Assembly (NCBI GenBank): GCA_963776345.1
Contig: CAVZMH010000015.1
Span: 256,001-320,000 of the forward strand
DNA length: 64,000 bases
Direction of reading: 5' to 3'
Source: an uncultured delta proteobacterium
GTDB lineage: Bacteria > Myxococcota > Myxococcia > Myxococcales > Myxococcaceae
The first letter of the stretch is position 1, and every line of letters begins with the position of its first letter. The notes under the pieces were generated by a model. It had not been told where the DNA came from and did not search any database. It worked only from the letters and a program-made list of their open reading frames with translations. Of this stretch, positions 63,318 to 64,000 are shown piece by piece. A program made the translations under genes and the position numbers.

Positions 63318-64000
63318 ATGGACCTCCTCGCCACCGCGCGCCGGCTCGAGGCGATCCAGGCCGAGGTCGTCCGCGCCCTCGCTGCCGAGGCGGAGCCCGT
63401 CGCCGGCGGCTGGATGGCCGCGAACGGCGACCGGGTCGTACCTGAACAAGGCCGTCGGCCTCGGCTTCGAGGCCGAGCCCACCGACGAGGACGTCGCCCG
63501 CATCGAGCGCTTCTTCGCCTCGCGCGGCATCGAGCCCCGGGTGGAGCTGACCCAGTTCGCGCCGGTCGGGCTTCCTGCGCCGGCTCGCCGAGCACGGCTT
63601 CGTCCTGCAGGAGTTCGAGAACACGCTGGTCCTCCCCCTGCCGGGCGTCGGCGACCCGCGATCGCTCCTTCCGGGCGGCTGGCCGGAGGGCGTGCGCATC
63701 GAGCGCGTCGACCCCACCGACGACATCCAGGTGGAGACCTTCGTCCGCACCAGCGCGAGCGGCTTCGTGCCGGAGGGGGAGCCGATCCCGGACGAGTATC
63801 CTGCAGACCGGCGTTAGAGCCGCGCGAGTGCCGGAGCACGACAGCTACGTCGCGTACGCTGGGGAACGAGGTCGCCGGCGCCGGTGGCTGCGGAACGCGC
63901 GCCGGCGTCACCTCTCTGTTCGGCACCTCGGTCCTTCCCGCGGTTCCGGCGGCGGGGGATCCAGCAGGCGCTGATGGCGGTGCGGCTGGAGCGGGCGCTC
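63318..64000 (+). CDS. GNAT family acetyltransferase, multiply frameshifted, runs off window
   Basis: Joining frames gives GSYLNKAVGLGF, IERFFASRG, L..HGF....FEN.L, LFGTSVLP..RRRGIQQAL..RL. Confidence 0.7.

Overview
This is a very GC-rich, gene-dense chromosomal segment of a myxobacterium (Myxococcota, Myxococcaceae/Anaeromyxobacter-like). The taxonomic call rests on romR next to valS, a perfect Myxococcus-type LexA box, a solitary groEL with a GroEL2-like tail, a stand-alone PilZ protein and Ser/Thr kinases. About 50 CDSs and two tRNAs (Met-CAT and Sec-TCA) are supportable. No CRISPR array, IS element or integrase was seen. Bases 1-33.8 kb are mostly conserved core: yacG, agmatinase, HtrA, Mla-type ABC, lexA, M23/LysM, surE, eno, glpX, nadC, valS, romR, a GGDEF regulator and groEL. 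Bases 34-46 kb look accessory: an FN3/Ig/DUF4038 surface protein, a giant membrane protein, and a kinase + pseudo-cyclase + heme-HAMP sensor module. Bases 46-64 kb carry trehalose/UDP-sugar and polyphosphate genes and a translation-related cluster. The best candidates for an undescribed system are (i) an overlapping operon of a divergent Tgt paralogue, an MnmC2-like methyltransferase and a 2OG-Fe(II) oxygenase (56155-58800), and (ii) the output-less heme-c/HAMP sensor with a degenerate cyclase scaffold and adjacent kinase (41721-46318). Several genes are broken by single-base indels that look like long-read assembly errors. All family calls come from motif recognition by eye, with no database searches.
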